Source: a virus
Taxonomy: Duplodnaviria > Caudoviricetes
Direction: 5' to 3' (one strand)
Length of the DNA stretch: 47,224 bases
Virus record (IMG/VR): IMGVR_UViG_3300048852_000046
Span: 1 to 47,224 of that record
Positions 44,698 through 47,224 of this stretch are shown one piece after another (positions within the stretch are counted from its first letter, which is position 1; each line of letters begins with the position of its first letter). The notes under the pieces are model-generated. The model searched no databases. It was not told the DNA's origin and worked only from the letters and a program-made list of their open reading frames with translations. The position numbers and the translations under genes are program-made.

Positions 44698-45318
44698 TTA
44701 AGCAATTTTCTCGGCGTACTCAACCGGAATTTCCACAGAAACGAGCCCTTCCAGAGTTTCCACGACTGTTTTCAATGTCTTTCGGCCCGTTGCGTCAAGA
44801 ACGCGGGCAACCATGCCGCCGAGGAGTTGATGATCACCGGTTATTCGAACCAGAGACTTGCACGGGAACATGTCGCGCAACTGCTTCTTTGTCACGTTTC
44901 CGTTGGCAACCGCTTCCTGCCGCTCCCTCATACGCTTAGCGCGATGGACGCGCTCGATGCTTTCTTCCTCTTCGTCACGCAAGGACTGAATCAGGTCATC
45001 TGCAATCTGCATCGGCCTACCGGCAATCCCAAGAATCGCTCCGACTCCATAGACTTGAGACAGATCGAAGAAGCTCCTCGGGCGGTTCACAAAAGCGTAG
45101 CCGACCAGCATGGGGGTGCGTTTCTCCAGCGTCTTCTTCGTTCTATGGTGCTTGTAGACGATCTGTGTCGACGGCATGAAGACTTCGAAGCCCGCATCCC
45201 TCAGGCTGCGCTCGATGATGAACTCGCCCTTGCGCTCTTCGGTCTCCCCTATCCGTGGAGATGCCTTGCGCTGGGTTCCTGGCCGGGCCTTGATTGCGTA
45301 CCATTCAGTTCTCAGCAT
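44698..45318 (-). CDS. NusG-family antitermination factor
   Basis: WYAIKARPG, FEVFMP, PMLVGYAFV, C-terminal KOW-like VRITG. Confidence 0.85.
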   Translation of the reverse strand: MLRTEWYAIKARPGTQRKASPRIGETEERKGEFIIERSLRDAGFEVFMPSTQIVYKHHRTKKTLEKRTPMLVGYAFVNRPRSFFDLSQVYGVGAILGIAGRPMQIADDLIQSLRDEEEESIERVHRAKRMRERQEAVANGNVTKKQLRDMFPCKSLVRITGDHQLLGGMVARVLDATGRKTLKTVVETLEGLVSVEIPVEYAEKIA

Positions 45319-45334
45319 CCTAATCCCTCGATTG

Positions 45335-45733
45335 CTATGCTCTGGCTTTGTGGTTTCGGCAGTAGCGGCCCGTTGTTTCCGCCGCACAGAACAGGTACGG
45401 GCCGCCGGTGTTGAGAGGCCAGCAGCATTCGCCGGCCGAAAGTTGGTTGAGTTGCTTTGCGTGTGTGAGGCGCTCGGCGTCGTAGGCGGTCGCCGGGATC
45501 TCCGGTTCCGTCTTCAGCTCTGGCGCCTGCTTGCATGCCGGTGGCGGCTCACGCCTTACCGGGGCAAGCCTTCGCTTCTGCCGTGTGGGGAACTGATCGC
45601 GGTTGCGGTAGGCGAGGCCGACGATGACATTGCGGGAGACGCCGAATCTGCTCGCGATCTGCGAAGCGGACAGGCCTTCCTTCCAGAGCTTGGCCGATGC
45701 CTCGATGTCGACGGTGCGGTGCTGGATGGTCAT
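45335..45733 (-). CDS. GcrA-like transcription regulator
   Basis: KLWKEGLSASQIASRFGVSRNVIVGLAYR; CCWPL...FC...YCRNH. Confidence 0.85.
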   Translation of the reverse strand: MTIQHRTVDIEASAKLWKEGLSASQIASRFGVSRNVIVGLAYRNRDQFPTRQKRRLAPVRREPPPACKQAPELKTEPEIPATAYDAERLTHAKQLNQLSAGECCWPLNTGGPYLFCAAETTGRYCRNHKARA

Positions 45734-46380
45734 GCTGCCCGCTCCTTCTGCTCCGGCTCCGGCTCCGCCGCGTCGATGTCCATCTCGACCTTTCGGCGGT
45801 AGGCCATCTGCTCGGCGCTGACCGAGCGAGCGTCCGGCAGATCCATGATCTTCTTCCAACGTTCGATTTCTTCCGGTGACGGCGGCATTTCCGGAATTCC
45901 GCCGCGCGTCTCCTTCTCCTTTTCGGCTTGGTGCCAGGACCGGAACCCCTCGAGCATCTTGCGCACCCTGGCGCGCGCTTCGGGATCGTCGGCTGTCCCG
46001 TTCTCAGACCGCGACAGTTCGATTGAGGCGATGGTGTCCTTAAGGCGCACATGCTCTTCGCTGATGAGCCGCTGCTCTGCCCTCACCATTGCCGCTAGCT
46101 CTGCGGGGATCGGAATGAAGGCCTTACGGTCGATGTTGTATTCGCCGCGGATGAGCTTCTTGCAGGCCGTTGTCAGTGCTTCGTGGGAAAGGCCGGCGAG
46201 CGCATAGCCGTAAACCGCCTGCGCGTCGCCGGGGGCGATCGTCGACGCCAGGGCGAGCCCAGCCGTCTGCAAGGTCTTGAGCGCCTTCGCTACGCCATCG
46301 TCACCGCATGGGCGAAGACGCTCCGCCGTAGCGGTAATCTGTTGCTGCAAGGTCGACAACGTTGTCAGAGCGGTCGTCAT
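45730..46380 (-). CDS. Replication-module hypothetical protein (helicase-loader position)
   Basis: Follows the initiator; YALAGLS..AL..ACKK...FIPIPAELA pattern. Confidence 0.6.
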   Translation of the reverse strand: MTTALTTLSTLQQQITATAERLRPCGDDGVAKALKTLQTAGLALASTIAPGDAQAVYGYALAGLSHEALTTACKKLIRGEYNIDRKAFIPIPAELAAMVRAEQRLISEEHVRLKDTIASIELSRSENGTADDPEARARVRKMLEGFRSWHQAEKEKETRGGIPEMPPSPEEIERWKKIMDLPDARSVSAEQMAYRRKVEMDIDAAEPEPEQKERAA

Positions 46381-47068
46381 GTCGGTCGTTCCCGTTGATG
46401 GTCCTGTCGAGTTCTTTGGCGAATGCTTCCTGGTGGAGCTGGAAAGCGGTTTTCTGCGGCGGTGCTTGCGATTGTCGGTGCGGTCTGTCGTCGTATTTGC
46501 CTTCGATCAGCCCGTTGAAGCTTTTCGGCTGGCAAAGGAAATCCAGATCGGCCCGCCAGCCACGGTCGTTTTCGCCGCGGCAAAACGCGCTGTTCGCCAT
46601 CCGCCGGCACGCTTCGGCCCAAAGCTCTACGCCGTGCTCACGAATTCGGGCCTCGACCTTGCGGCGGCGATCGGCGGTGACCTTGCGAGGCACCGGAAGC
46701 CCGGCTTTGGAGGCCTGATCCGAAAAGATCTCGATGGCCCGATCCGTGGGGGAAGAGCCCCCTTTAGGGGGCGAAGGGGGTGTAGGATTGGTGGGGTTAG
46801 GAAGGGGGGTGTGGGGGGAAACCTCCGGGGAGGAAAGGCCCCCCACGTCCACCTTATTTCCACCTGTTTCCACCGGACTTCCACCGGACAAAGCGGAATT
46901 CCGCTGTTTCCGCTTCCGTTCGCGATCCCACTGCCGCCGCTTCTCGGCAGCACGATCGACGGCCGGAACCGTCTCAGCCTCAGCTTCGAAAGCCTCGGCA
47001 GCCACAAGGGCTTGGTCGATCGTAAGACCGGCCTCCAACATACGGCGGATGGCGGCAGAAATGCTCAC
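46301..47068 (-). CDS. Phage replication initiator-like protein
   Basis: KRRQWDRERKRKQR, Pro-rich linker, C-terminal FCRGENDRGWRADLDFL...LIEGKY. Confidence 0.7.
   Translation of the reverse strand: MSISAAIRRMLEAGLTIDQALVAAEAFEAEAETVPAVDRAAEKRRQWDRERKRKQRNSALSGGSPVETGGNKVDVGGLSSPEVSPHTPLPNPTNPTPPSPPKGGSSPTDRAIEIFSDQASKAGLPVPRKVTADRRRKVEARIREHGVELWAEACRRMANSAFCRGENDRGWRADLDFLCQPKSFNGLIEGKYDDRPHRQSQAPPQKTAFQLHQEAFAKELDRTINGNDRHDDRSDNVVDLAATDYRYGGASSPMR
46848..46905. repeat. Iteron-like repeats, candidate phage ori
   Basis: TCCACC at 46848, 46859, 46869, 46880, then palindrome AGCGGAATTCCGCT. Confidence 0.55.
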
Positions 47069-47224
47069 GCGACCATCCCCTCTTCGCATACATGGACGTC
47101 GCTCCCAGCGAGGAAATCGCTGCACCAGCACTCGCCATCGCGCTTTTTGTTTAGGGGACGGGAACGTTCTGACATGCGCGACGTTTGATGCGCTTCCAAC
47201 CCACTTAGGAGAAGCACTTGCGCG

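Larger units (their letters stand above)
2666..47224 (-). mobile_element. Siphovirus-like prophage integrated at tRNA-Lys (continues beyond window)
   Basis: att core plus ordered packaging, head, tail, lysis and replication modules. Confidence 0.95.

Noticed and set aside
46766-46830. G-quadruplex-like G runs
   Set aside because: Explained by Pro codons in the initiator linker on the opposite strand
47065-47224. Truncated minus-strand ORF at the window edge
   Set aside because: The frame is open but too short to assign a function

Overview
High-GC alphaproteobacterial DNA, most likely Rhizobiaceae (Sinorhizobium/Ensifer-like; inferred from gene content and promoter motifs). The first ~2.6 kb holds two host genes: a Tim44-like protein and a GT2-type glycosyltransferase. 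From 2666 onward the window is a siphovirus-like prophage whose left end is a 3'-half copy of tRNA-Lys(CTT) (att core). The phage runs past the right edge; integrase and repressor are not in the window. Read right to left on the minus strand it contains replication, GcrA-like, NusG-like, HNH-AP2, terminase, portal, scaffold, capsid, connector, tail, tape measure, tailspike and lysis genes. Accessory cargo: (i) a ~10 kb surface-glycan cassette beside the tailspike (KpsC-TPR-GT9-like fusion, Tat-signal tailspike-like beta-helix protein, SAM methyltransferase, GT-B/GT-D-like fusion); (ii) a stress-wired left arm (LigD-type ligase, LexA box, four RpoE2/EcfG-like promoters, two candidate sRNAs); (iii) morons in the late operon (HEPN, I78-inhibitor-like, Trypco2-like lipoprotein, orphan immunity-type genes). 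Six hairpins sharing a C-AGU-G loop cluster at the scaffold and capsid translation starts. All family assignments are by-eye motif recognition; no database searches or folding programs were run.
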